This document shows positions 28,551 through 38,046 of a stretch of DNA of 64,000 nucleotides, piece after piece. The stretch is from positions 833 through 64,832 of the forward strand of contig JAFDEK010000014.1 in assembly GCA_019310385.1 (NCBI GenBank), read 5' to 3'. The position numbers and the translations under genes were made by a program. The notes beneath the pieces are model-generated. The model had not been told where the DNA came from. It did not search any database and worked only from the letters and a program-made list of their open reading frames with translations. This stretch comes from Deltaproteobacteria bacterium (lineage in GTDB: Bacteria; Myxococcota_A; UBA9160; UBA4427). How positions within the stretch are numbered: the first letter of the stretch is position 1; the number at the start of each line of letters is the position of its first letter.

Positions 28551-30761
28551 ATGTTCGAGCGCTTGCTGCCGATTCTTCGCGCCCGCCCCCGCTTCGCCAT
28601 ACTCGCCATTGTAGTCGCGGTCGGGGTTGCGGCCTTTGCGCTGCCCCTGGTTCGCCGCTCTCTCACCCTCGCCGACGAGGGTTACCTCCTACTCCAGTCC
28701 CTCGACATGCTCCACGGAAAAGTCCTCTACCGGGATCTGGACGCCTTCGTGACGCCGGGCCTCTGGTTCGTGTTGGCGGGGCTCTTCTCCCTGGTCGAGC
28801 CCAGCGTCATCGCATCGCGCATCCCGGTCTTCATCGCCTATCTCGCCATGGTGGGGATCAGCTATCGCATCGTCGCTCTCATGGCAGGCTGGCGTGCGGG
28901 ACTCGTCGCCGTGGCACTCATGCTGGTATGCACGGTGTGGGCCTTTCCCGCCTGGACCTTTGCCTTCTACTCCCCCTTTTCGGTGCTCTTCGCCCTGGCG
29001 GGGCTGGAGCGTCTGCTCGTGTGGTCCGGCGGCGCTCGCGGGCGCGATCTGGTCTGGAGCGGGGTCTTCTTCGGAATCGCAATCGTGTTCAAGCAGAACT
29101 ACGGCGCCTTCGCGCTGGTCGGGGCCGCAGTCGGCGTGGTGGCTCTGCACCTCGAGCGCGCCGAGCCCATCAAGTCGACCCTCCGCCCGCTCGCGGCCGA
29201 CGCGGCGCGCATGGCGGTCGGAGTCGCGGCCGTGGGCTTGCCCGTCTTCGGGTACTTCGTCTTTCAGGGAGTGGTGCCGGAGCTCTTCCAGAGCCTCCTT
29301 CTCCACCCCTTCGAGTTCAGTGGAAAGCACGACATCTCCTACCTGGGCCTCGGCAAGCTCTTCGACGGCGCCTTCATGCGCGAGAGCGTCGAGATGTACA
29401 CCTACGCCGCACAGCCCGTCTACCGCACCCTGCCGCCAGGCGGTCTCGTCGATGAATGGAGGGTGATCGAACGGCTCCACGTTCTGATGTACTGGATTCC
29501 ACCCGGGGTCTTCTTCGCGGGAGCGGCACTCGCGCTCCTCCCGGGCCAGTCCTCGTCCCCGGCCCCGGAGCGTCCTCGGCTCGTGAACGGGAGACTGGTC
29601 GCGGTGGTGGCTGTGTGCTTCTTCCTCTTTCTTGGCGTCTTCCCGCGTGCGGACTTCAACCACCTCATCAACGTCTATCAGGGGGTCGTGGTGGCGGGGG
29701 TCGTGGTCACCCACGCCCTGCTGGCCCGTCTGCCCCAGCCGGGGCCTTTGTGGCTGCGCGCAACCCTGGGGGCGGCTGCGGCGGTGTTCGGTCTCTACGC
29801 GGCAGTGGCGGGCTATTGGTACTACGAGCTCATGATCCGCATGGACACACCCATCGCCGCCAAGCGGGGCGGCGTGATCGTGAACGAGTTCGATGCGGCA
29901 CAAATCAAGATCGTATTGAAGACCATCGATCTGCTGGTTCCGCCCGGAGAGGCGCTACTGACGATTCCCGACCTCGCCATGCTCAACTTCCTGTCCGGTC
30001 GACCCATGCCCAGCGCCTACTACAACCTCTACGAGCACCACATCGGCCACGACCGGGGCGCTTCGGTCGTGGAGGGGGCCGAGGCCCACGGAGTCAATAT
30101 CGCGCTTACCCGCTACGACGACTTCTTCTCGGACCGGTCAGGCTTGCGAGACTACGCTCCAGCGCTCGTCGACTACCTCGAGACCCGATTCGAGATCACC
30201 GGGACGGTGGGAGACGAGGACTATCTGGTTCTCCGACGACGTTCGGCCCCCGTTCCACTCGAAGTGAGTAGCCGGCTGCTCGAACATTGCGACACGGGCA
30301 CGGCATCCCAGGTGGGGCGCGAGCATCTCTTCTTCGACTCACTCTACCACTACCCCGGCATCGGGCTGGAGGAGTCGAGGGGAGAGGTGCAGACCGAGTG
30401 TCGGCTGCGGATTCCGGCCGAGGGGGCCGAGTTGGTGACCCGCATCGGGGTTCGCGAACCGGCGGTAGTGGTGGAGCCAGGAGCCGTGACCATGGAGATC
30501 GACTTGCTTCGCGACGGCCAGGATTCGGAGCGGCTCCTCACGCAGGTCTTCGCGCTGCAAGCGAAGGACTTGCGGCATTCCTACTTTCCACGCCATGGCG
30601 AGTACCGGGTCGATCTCTCCGAGCATGCGGGCGAGGAGGTCACCCTCGTCTTTCGAAGCATCCGGGAGGGTCGCGTCCTCGTGCTCTACGGCAGATTCGC
30701 CGACTTCGGGAGTGTCTTCGAAGATCTACGCATCGTGCCCGCCAGGAACTCAGGGGACTGA
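28551..30761 (+). CDS. GT-C fold membrane glycosyltransferase (ArnT/PMT-like) with C-terminal periplasmic domain
   Basis: ADEGY..GKVLYRD..TPG, FKQNYG, FPRADFNH; many TM helices. Confidence 0.72.
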   Translation: MFERLLPILRARPRFAILAIVVAVGVAAFALPLVRRSLTLADEGYLLLQSLDMLHGKVLYRDLDAFVTPGLWFVLAGLFSLVEPSVIASRIPVFIAYLAMVGISYRIVALMAGWRAGLVAVALMLVCTVWAFPAWTFAFYSPFSVLFALAGLERLLVWSGGARGRDLVWSGVFFGIAIVFKQNYGAFALVGAAVGVVALHLERAEPIKSTLRPLAADAARMAVGVAAVGLPVFGYFVFQGVVPELFQSLLLHPFEFSGKHDISYLGLGKLFDGAFMRESVEMYTYAAQPVYRTLPPGGLVDEWRVIERLHVLMYWIPPGVFFAGAALALLPGQSSSPAPERPRLVNGRLVAVVAVCFFLFLGVFPRADFNHLINVYQGVVVAGVVVTHALLARLPQPGPLWLRATLGAAAAVFGLYAAVAGYWYYELMIRMDTPIAAKRGGVIVNEFDAAQIKIVLKTIDLLVPPGEALLTIPDLAMLNFLSGRPMPSAYYNLYEHHIGHDRGASVVEGAEAHGVNIALTRYDDFFSDRSGLRDYAPALVDYLETRFEITGTVGDEDYLVLRRRSAPVPLEVSSRLLEHCDTGTASQVGREHLFFDSLYHYPGIGLEESRGEVQTECRLRIPAEGAELVTRIGVREPAVVVEPGAVTMEIDLLRDGQDSERLLTQVFALQAKDLRHSYFPRHGEYRVDLSEHAGEEVTLVFRSIREGRVLVLYGRFADFGSVFEDLRIVPARNSGD

Positions 30762-30815
30762 GGGCCGCTCCTCGCGATCCGCCCCCCGCCCACTTCCCAA
30801 CCGCTCCGCTCGGGC

Positions 30816-32171
30816 TCAGCGGCCGCGTTCGAGGCCGTGTTCGAGGCCGTGTTCGAGGCCGTGAAGTAGAGCCGCGGCGTCGGTGTTGCCCTTCTCGCTG
30901 GCGAGGTCGCCGGGCGTCTTCCCCCTGGCGGTGCGGGCGTCGACCTGGGCGCCGTGGTCGAGCAGCACGTGGATGGCGTCGAGCTTTCCCTTCTCGCCCG
31001 CGGCGTGGAGGGGGGTGTGGTTGCCGATGGCCGCCCGGTTCACATTGGCGCCGCGTTCGAGAAGGACGAGCATCACGTAGTGGCGGCCCTGCTGGGCGGT
31101 CATGTAGAGGGGCGTCACGCCGTCCTGGTTGGCGACGTCGAGGGGGGCGCCGCGCTCGAGGAGCAGGAGCACGAGCTTCTCGTTTCCGATGCCGGCAGCG
31201 TTGTGAAGTGGCGTCGAGCGCGACTTGTTGCGCGCGGCGGCATCCGCCCCGCGCTCGAGCAGCAGCGTGGCGGCCTCTTGGTGGCCCTTGCGCGCGGCGC
31301 GGTGGAGCGGCGTGTCACCCCTTTGGTCCCGGCTGTCGACGTCGCTGCCGTCGTCGAGAAGCGCCGCGATCACGTCTTCGTGGCCCTTGCTCGCCGCCAC
31401 GTGAATGGGTGTCTCGCCTTCGTCGTTGTGCGCATTCGGGTCGGCGTTCTCGGTGAGCAGCTCGCTCACCGCGGCGGCATGTCCCTGGCGCGCCGCGAGG
31501 TGGAGCGGTGTGTCGCCATTCGAGTTGCGTGCGTCTACCCGGGCGCCGGCGATCACGAGCGCGGCGAGCGCCTCCGCGTTGCCCTCGCGCGCGGCCACGT
31601 GGAGTGGTGTCACGTCTTGTGGGCCCGGGTCGTCGATGGGGTAGCTCCGCCGCGCGAGGCTGCGGATGAGTATCGCGCTGCCGCCCTGTGCGGCGACGTG
31701 GGCCGCCGACCAACGATCCCTCGCGAGGGCAGTCAGGTCGCCGCCCCGGGCGAGCAGGAGCTCGGCCGCCACGTCCCGGCCCTCCTGGACCGCGAGGTAG
31801 AGGGCCGTCCAACCCCCGCTCGTACGGGCTTCGAGGTCGGCACCGTGTTCCAGCAAGAGCCCCAGGATCTGGGCGTGACCGTTGCGCGCGGCGATGTGGA
31901 GCGGAGTCCAGCCTCCCGCTGCCCGGGCATCGATCTCGGCTCCGAGCTCGAGCAATCGCCGCGCCTCGGCGATCTCTCCCGCCTGGGCTGCGAGGAAGAG
32001 CCCGGTCTCGCCGTAGGGGCTGCGCGCTACGAGGTCGAGCTCTTCCGACCCACCGGATTCGGCCGTGAGATCAGTCGAGGAGGCGGGCCGCATCTCTCCC
32101 TCCCCACCGCTGCAGGCCGCGAACAGGGGCAGGGCGGCCACGAGGGAGAGGATGGGATTCGATTGCCTCAA
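30816..32171 (-). CDS. Ankyrin-repeat lipoprotein
   Basis: TTG start after GAGGAG; lipobox FAAC; about 12 ankyrin repeats; C-terminal HGLE tandem repeat. Confidence 0.88.
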   Translation of the reverse strand: MRQSNPILSLVAALPLFAACSGGEGEMRPASSTDLTAESGGSEELDLVARSPYGETGLFLAAQAGEIAEARRLLELGAEIDARAAGGWTPLHIAARNGHAQILGLLLEHGADLEARTSGGWTALYLAVQEGRDVAAELLLARGGDLTALARDRWSAAHVAAQGGSAILIRSLARRSYPIDDPGPQDVTPLHVAAREGNAEALAALVIAGARVDARNSNGDTPLHLAARQGHAAAVSELLTENADPNAHNDEGETPIHVAASKGHEDVIAALLDDGSDVDSRDQRGDTPLHRAARKGHQEAATLLLERGADAAARNKSRSTPLHNAAGIGNEKLVLLLLERGAPLDVANQDGVTPLYMTAQQGRHYVMLVLLERGANVNRAAIGNHTPLHAAGEKGKLDAIHVLLDHGAQVDARTARGKTPGDLASEKGNTDAAALLHGLEHGLEHGLERGR

Positions 32172-32179
32172 CGGCTCCT

Positions 32180-33484
32180 CTACTCCTCGTCCTCGATGTA
32201 GCCCAGGGTGCGAAGGTGCTCGACGATGTCCTGCTCGACGCCGGACTCCGTATCTTCGACGAAGCTGATTTCGACGTCGTCGTAGCTGTCGATGGGAGTC
32301 TTGGGAGGAGATTCGAGGAAGGAAGCCGGCCCGCCGTCCATGTCCCGGGCGATGGGGAGGCCCATCCACAGGAGAAGCGTGGGCACGACGTCGCGCACCG
32401 TCATCTTGTGGGGCCGGCTGCCCGCCGGGACGCCCGGCCCGCGAGCGAAAACGATCCCATGGATGGCGTCCTTGCTGTCGTGAACGCCCGAAAGGCGCAT
32501 CAGGGCCTGTCCCGCCTCGAATCCGTGATCCGAAACCACCATGACGAGATCGTCAGGGCCATAGTCGGCGATGAGCTCGCCGATCAAGGCGTCCACGTAC
32601 TCGTAGTAGGCGAAGAGGGCATCGCGCCCCCCCGCTCGACCCTCCGGCGTGGGACGTAGACCCGGCGGGTACATTTCCTCGGGCTCGAGGACGCCCCAGA
32701 TGTAGTGGGAGATCCGGTCGATGCCGGGCAGGAGCACCATGAGGAGATCGGGCTGCGTCCCGCGCTCGATCTCGAGCGCCAGACGCGTCAGGGCGCCGTC
32801 CTCGGCAAAGCGCCGGGAGAGCTCGTCGCGCAGGACCCAGCGCGGAAGCACCTTGTCCTCCGCGAAGGGGTTCGGGTGGTCGGGCAGGGGCGTTGCGTTC
32901 GCCCGCATGAGCTTCGCGAGGCGGTCGTTCCAGCTCGGGGGGTAGATGACGGCGCCGGTCGGTGTGGTGGCGGCGCCGGTCATGCGTTCGCGGCCGTCGA
33001 TCTCCTTGGCGAGCACGTGGTCGGAGACCATGACGCCGTTCACCCGCTCGAGGGGATAGGTGTTCCAGAAGTTCACCACGCCCACGGTCATGCCCTTCGC
33101 CGAGGCGATGCTCCAGATGGTGCGCGCAGTGCGATCGGTGGAGAGGAAGAGGTGGTGGACGCCCTGGGCGTCCTTCTTCGAGAAGCTCGCGATTCCGTGC
33201 TTGGAGGGCATCTGCCCGGTGACGATGGTGTTCCAGATGCGCGGCGATTCGATCGGCTGGGAGGATTTGAGATCGCCGGCGGCGCCCTCCTCCTTCAGGC
33301 GGGCGAGGTTGGGAAGCCGTCCCTGGAGGATGAGTTCGGCTACCACCTTCGGCGAGGCGCCGTCTACACCGATCAACAGGACACGGCCGGGCCGCTCATA
33401 GGGTTCGCTGCACCCGCTGAATCCCGCCGCGAGTGTGAGGGACAGGAACGCGACGAGGGGCCGCGTGATTCGATTCGAATACAT
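32180..33484 (-). CDS. Alkaline-phosphatase-superfamily (nucleotide pyrophosphatase/phosphodiesterase-like) lipoprotein
   Basis: Lipobox FSGC; IGVDG, SPRIWNTIVTG..HGI, DRISH, VSDHGF, LRTLGYI. Confidence 0.88.
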   Translation of the reverse strand: MYSNRITRPLVAFLSLTLAAGFSGCSEPYERPGRVLLIGVDGASPKVVAELILQGRLPNLARLKEEGAAGDLKSSQPIESPRIWNTIVTGQMPSKHGIASFSKKDAQGVHHLFLSTDRTARTIWSIASAKGMTVGVVNFWNTYPLERVNGVMVSDHVLAKEIDGRERMTGAATTPTGAVIYPPSWNDRLAKLMRANATPLPDHPNPFAEDKVLPRWVLRDELSRRFAEDGALTRLALEIERGTQPDLLMVLLPGIDRISHYIWGVLEPEEMYPPGLRPTPEGRAGGRDALFAYYEYVDALIGELIADYGPDDLVMVVSDHGFEAGQALMRLSGVHDSKDAIHGIVFARGPGVPAGSRPHKMTVRDVVPTLLLWMGLPIARDMDGGPASFLESPPKTPIDSYDDVEISFVEDTESGVEQDIVEHLRTLGYIEDEE

Positions 33485-33608
33485 GCCAGTCTTGCCTCGA
33501 GAACTCTGAAAACGGTGACCGAGCCTAGCATGCCTGCGTGGACACCGTCGTCTCCGTCAGCGCGCCCGACGCTCTCGTTCCCGGGGCCTCTCACTCACCG
33601 TATCGACC

Positions 33609-35894
33609 TCAGCATTCCGATCCGGACCGGCCCTGGCGGCCCTCTTCCGCGAGCCAGCTCCGCAGCTTCGACCAGCGCCGGAGCTCCTGCCCTTTTCCCT
33701 GCACCGCCATGGCGAGGGCGCGGCGCTGACCGATCAAGACCACCAGCTGCTTGCCGCGGGTCAGCGCGGTATAGATGAGATTGCGCTTCAGCATGGTGTA
33801 GTGCTGGGTCGTGATGGGGATCACGACGGCTGGGTATTCGGAGCCCTGGGACTTGTGCACCGTGATCGCGTAGGCGAGCACCAGCTGGTCGAGCTCGTCG
33901 AAGCCGTATGGGACGCTGCGCTCGTCGAAATCGACGACGAGCTCGCCCTGCTCCGGATCGACCGCCTCCACGAATCCCACGTCTCCGTTGAAGACCTTCT
34001 TGTCGTAGTCGTTCTCGATCTGCATCACCTTGTCGCCGAGCGCGTAGGTCCAGCCAAAGCGCTCCACCCTCGCTCCGGTCTTCGCGGAGGGATTGAGGGT
34101 CTCCTGCAACGCGAGGTTCAGCGCCCGGGCTCCGAGCTGCCCCCGGTGCATGGGGCAGAGTACCTGGACCTCGCGCATCGGATCGAAGCCGAAGCGCTTG
34201 GGGATGCGCTCCCGCACCAGGGTGAGGATGCGCTGGGCTGCGTCGTCGGGCTCGGCGGTCTCGATGAAGTAGAAGTCGCTTCCCTCCTCGGCGGCGAGAT
34301 CGGGCAGCTGCCCTTCGTTGACGCGATGGGCGCTGCGCACGATGCGACTCGTCGCCGCCTGACGGAAGATCTCGCGCAGGCGCACCACGGGAACAGCACC
34401 CGAATCGATGATGTCGCGCAGCACCTGGCCGGGCCCCACCGAGGGCAGCTGGTCGACGTCTCCCACCAATACGAGCGCGGCCGTCGGCGGCACCGCCTTC
34501 AACAGGGCGAAGAGGAGGGGCACGTCCACCATCGAGCTCTCGTCTACGACCAGGAGCGCGCAGTCGATGGGGTTGGACTCGTCGCGCTTGAAGCCCCCGC
34601 TGCGGGGATCGGCCTCGAGCAGGCGGTGGAGGGTTCTGGCCTCCTGGCCCGTCGCCTCGGCGAGGCGTTTGGCGGCGCGGCCGGTCGGGGCCGCGAGGGC
34701 CGTGCGCACCTTCTTTCCGCGCAAGACGGCGAGGAGTGACTTGACGAGGGTGGTCTTGCCCACCCCTGGGCCGCCGGTCATCACGACCACCTTCGAGCGC
34801 AGCGCCCGTGTGAGGGCTGCGCGCTGACTCTGCGCGAGCTCGATAGCGAGCTTCTCCTCCACCTGCGCGATGGCGGGCGCGGCGTCGATCTCTCCCCACG
34901 GCGGCGCTCCCCGGGCCAGGGCGAGGAGCCGCGCAGCGGCGCTTCGCTCCGCTCCGTAGAGCCCGGACAGGAAGACGCAGGGCTGCTGGTCGATGTCGTC
35001 GCGAACGATCTCACCCGCGCGAAGCTCAGCGGCGAGCGCGCTCTCGACCCGCTCGGCATCCACGTCGAGGAGCTCGCGGGCCTGTCTGTGGAGCTCGGCC
35101 TCGGGTAGGCCGCAGTGGCCGTCTGAGACGGCTTCGCGCAGCACGTGGCTCACCCCTGCCCGCACGCGCTCGAGCGCGTTTGGCTCCACGCCGAGCTGCC
35201 GGGCGAGGGCGTCTGCGGTGAGGAAACCGATGCCGCGGATGTCCCGGGCGAGACAGTATGGGTCCTCGCGGATGCGCTCGAGGGCGGCTTCGCCGTAGCT
35301 GCGGTAGATGCGCACGGCGCGCGCGGTCCCCACGCCATGGGAATAGAGGAAGACCATGATCTCCCGCACCCGCTTCTGCTCCGCCCAGGCGGCGACGATG
35401 CGCTCGCTTCGCACGCTTCCCACACCCTGCACCTCGCGCAGGCGTTCGGGGGAGCCTTCGATCACGTCGAAGACCTGCTCGCCGAAGCTCTCCACCAGGC
35501 GCTTGGCCAGGCCGGGCCCGATTCCATGGACCAGTCCCGAGCCGAGATAGCGCTCCATGCCCTGGCGGCTGGTGGGCGCCGCCACCCGCAGCTCGCTCGC
35601 GCTGAACTGCTGACCGTGGCGGGCGTCGTGGCTCCACTCCCCTTCGGCTTCGATGAATTCGCCCGGGCTCACCCGGGCGGCCTTGCCCACGACGGTGGCA
35701 AGCTCCCGGCGCCGCGGCAGTCTCACCCGCAGGACGCTGAAGCCCGTGTCTTCGTTGTGAAAGGTGACCCGCTCGATTACACCGGAGACATGGTTCTGCT
35801 CCGCCGGGCCGTCCAGCTCCAGCCTTCCCTGGGCTCGGGGAGACACGCCGTTCCGGGAGGCATCGAAGGGCTCGGGCAATTGGACTCCCCGCAT
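33609..35894 (-). CDS. recD2: ATP-dependent RecD-like DNA helicase (RecD2)
   Basis: N-terminal OB/HhH region, GGPGVGKTT, APTGRAAKR, VDESSM, GDVDQLPSVG, TVHKSQGSEY. Confidence 0.95.
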   Translation of the reverse strand: MRGVQLPEPFDASRNGVSPRAQGRLELDGPAEQNHVSGVIERVTFHNEDTGFSVLRVRLPRRRELATVVGKAARVSPGEFIEAEGEWSHDARHGQQFSASELRVAAPTSRQGMERYLGSGLVHGIGPGLAKRLVESFGEQVFDVIEGSPERLREVQGVGSVRSERIVAAWAEQKRVREIMVFLYSHGVGTARAVRIYRSYGEAALERIREDPYCLARDIRGIGFLTADALARQLGVEPNALERVRAGVSHVLREAVSDGHCGLPEAELHRQARELLDVDAERVESALAAELRAGEIVRDDIDQQPCVFLSGLYGAERSAAARLLALARGAPPWGEIDAAPAIAQVEEKLAIELAQSQRAALTRALRSKVVVMTGGPGVGKTTLVKSLLAVLRGKKVRTALAAPTGRAAKRLAEATGQEARTLHRLLEADPRSGGFKRDESNPIDCALLVVDESSMVDVPLLFALLKAVPPTAALVLVGDVDQLPSVGPGQVLRDIIDSGAVPVVRLREIFRQAATSRIVRSAHRVNEGQLPDLAAEEGSDFYFIETAEPDDAAQRILTLVRERIPKRFGFDPMREVQVLCPMHRGQLGARALNLALQETLNPSAKTGARVERFGWTYALGDKVMQIENDYDKKVFNGDVGFVEAVDPEQGELVVDFDERSVPYGFDELDQLVLAYAITVHKSQGSEYPAVVIPITTQHYTMLKRNLIYTALTRGKQLVVLIGQRRALAMAVQGKGQELRRWSKLRSWLAEEGRQGRSGSEC

Positions 35895-35918
35895 TGCGTG
35901 TCGCGTAGATCGACTCGG

Positions 35919-37778
35919 CTAGAACCGGAACTCGCCCGCCACGAGTCTATCGTGGAGCTTGCGGTCCAGAGGAGCGAATGCATGCGATTCGGGATCGGCG
36001 AAGTAGAGCAGATCCAGGACCTCGAGCGGATCGAAGCCCTGCTTCACGAGGTCCATCTTCTTGTGCTTGAAGGTCCCCGTGGTCTCGATCTCGCGCTGGA
36101 GGCGGATGAAGAGGGGGCGCGCGTAGGGGGCAAGGTGGGCCTCGAGATAGTCGGGGAGGGCCTCGAGGTCGAACTCGGTGTCGACCACCAGCGCTGCCAT
36201 GCCGGCCCGGCCCTCCGCACCCGGCACCTCGACGCCGTAGACGTTGGCCTCGAGCACGCCCGGGTAGACGGAGATCACTTCGGCGACTTCGCTCGTGGAG
36301 ACGTTCTCCCCCTTCCAGCGAAAGGTGTCTCCGATACGGTCGACGAAATAGAAGTAGCCGCGCTCATCCTTGCGCATCAAATCGCCCGTGCGGAACCAGG
36401 CGTCGCCATTCTTGAATACGTCGCGCAGGATCTTCTTCTCGGTTGCCTCCGCGTTTGCGTAGCCCTCGAAGTGTCCGATGGGGAGCAGGGACCGCTTCGG
36501 GATCAGGCCGATGGCCTCGCCCACCTCGCCAGGCCGGCACTCGATGCAGCGGCCCTTTTCGCCGCGCACGGGCACCTCGTGTTCGACGTCGAATCGGATC
36601 AGTCTTACGTGGAAGACCCAGTTGAGGTAGAAGGGCAGGCGGCCGACGGAGCCCACCTTTCCGTCGGAGTTCATGATCGCGACATTGCCCTCGGTGGCGC
36701 CGTAGAACTCGAAGATGCGCGGGATTCCGAAGCGCTGCTGGAAGGACTCCCAGATCTCCGGGCGCAGGCCGTTACCCGCGCACAGGCGCACCTTGTGCTC
36801 GCGCTCGTCCTGGGTGATGGGCGCGTTGAGGAGATAGCGACACAGCTCGCCGATGTACTGGAAGATCGTTACGTCGTACTTGACGCAGTCCGACCAGAAT
36901 TGGCTCGCCGAGAAGCGTCGCCTCAGAACGATGCAGGCGCCGGCGTGCAGGGCCATGCCCACCGCCAGGACGCCTCCGGCGGTGTGGTAGAGCGGCAGGA
37001 CGACGTAGATGCGGTCGCTGGGCGTGACCTTTGCCGCGGCCGCGAAGCCGGCCGTCAGGAGCCGGAAGCGCATGTGGCTGATGTTCGCCGCCTTGGGGTT
37101 GCCCGTGGTGCCGCTGGTATAGATGTAGAAGAGCTTGTCGCGGGCTCGCATGCCTTCCCGGGGCTTGCCCTCGAGAGGAGCCGCCCAGGTGCGGTCGAGG
37201 GCGGCGTCGAGGTCGAGGGCGCCCGCGAGCTCCGGCTCGTCGGCCTCGTCAGGCTCCGGCGGGTCGAGGGTCGGCTCCTGGAGCTCCGGCGGCGAGCCGT
37301 GGATCCAGACCTGGGGCTCCGGCTCGAGGAGCCCCTGCGCGCTCGCGTAGGCGTCGACGAGCTCCCGGCCCAGGATGCAGTGCCGTGCGCCGGAAATGCG
37401 CAGGCAGTGGGCGAGAGGAGCGCCGCTGAGGTGCGTGTTGATGAGCGCCGTCACCGCGCCGATCTTCGCCATCCCAAGCCAGGCGAAGATGTACTCGGGC
37501 CGATTCTCCATGAGGAGCGCCACTACGTCTCCCCACTTGATCCCCTGGGCCTGGGCCCAGTGGGCGTAGCGGTTCCCCCAGGTATCGAGCTCTGCGTAGG
37601 TGACGAGGCGGTCTTCGAAGCAGATGGCTACAGCGTTGGGGGCCTTCTTCGCCCAGCCCTCGACGATGTCGGCCGCGGTGCTGCGCGAATTCTCCGACAC
37701 TCCGCGCAGACCAAGGCCCATCCGAAGGGCATCGGAGAGATAGCGCGACTCGCGGCGGATGGCGTCGAAGAGGGGCAT
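35919..37778 (-). CDS. Long-chain acyl-CoA synthetase (FATP-like)
   Basis: YIYTSGTTGNPK, YGATEG, RTGDL, DRIGDTFRWKGENVS. Confidence 0.93.
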   Translation of the reverse strand: MPLFDAIRRESRYLSDALRMGLGLRGVSENSRSTAADIVEGWAKKAPNAVAICFEDRLVTYAELDTWGNRYAHWAQAQGIKWGDVVALLMENRPEYIFAWLGMAKIGAVTALINTHLSGAPLAHCLRISGARHCILGRELVDAYASAQGLLEPEPQVWIHGSPPELQEPTLDPPEPDEADEPELAGALDLDAALDRTWAAPLEGKPREGMRARDKLFYIYTSGTTGNPKAANISHMRFRLLTAGFAAAAKVTPSDRIYVVLPLYHTAGGVLAVGMALHAGACIVLRRRFSASQFWSDCVKYDVTIFQYIGELCRYLLNAPITQDEREHKVRLCAGNGLRPEIWESFQQRFGIPRIFEFYGATEGNVAIMNSDGKVGSVGRLPFYLNWVFHVRLIRFDVEHEVPVRGEKGRCIECRPGEVGEAIGLIPKRSLLPIGHFEGYANAEATEKKILRDVFKNGDAWFRTGDLMRKDERGYFYFVDRIGDTFRWKGENVSTSEVAEVISVYPGVLEANVYGVEVPGAEGRAGMAALVVDTEFDLEALPDYLEAHLAPYARPLFIRLQREIETTGTFKHKKMDLVKQGFDPLEVLDLLYFADPESHAFAPLDRKLHDRLVAGEFRF

Positions 37779-38046
37779 CGGTCCTCCAGGGCGATGGTGC
37801 CCCGGAGCGGATTATACGGGCAGAGCGGGAGGACGGGGAGCGCGGCGACGCCGACATCCCTGGGTGGACCCGGCGACCCTTCCCCTTCGATCTCGGCCGC
37901 CAGCGCTTGACCTGCCCTGAAGGGAGGACGAGAATCCGGAAACGGCGTTGGATTGCCGGCGGAGCATCGACAATCGCATCGGCCTGCGATCGCATCGGCC
38001 TGGGAGAGTGGCGTGAGGCGGTGCGCGGAGAGGCGCGCGGAGAGAG

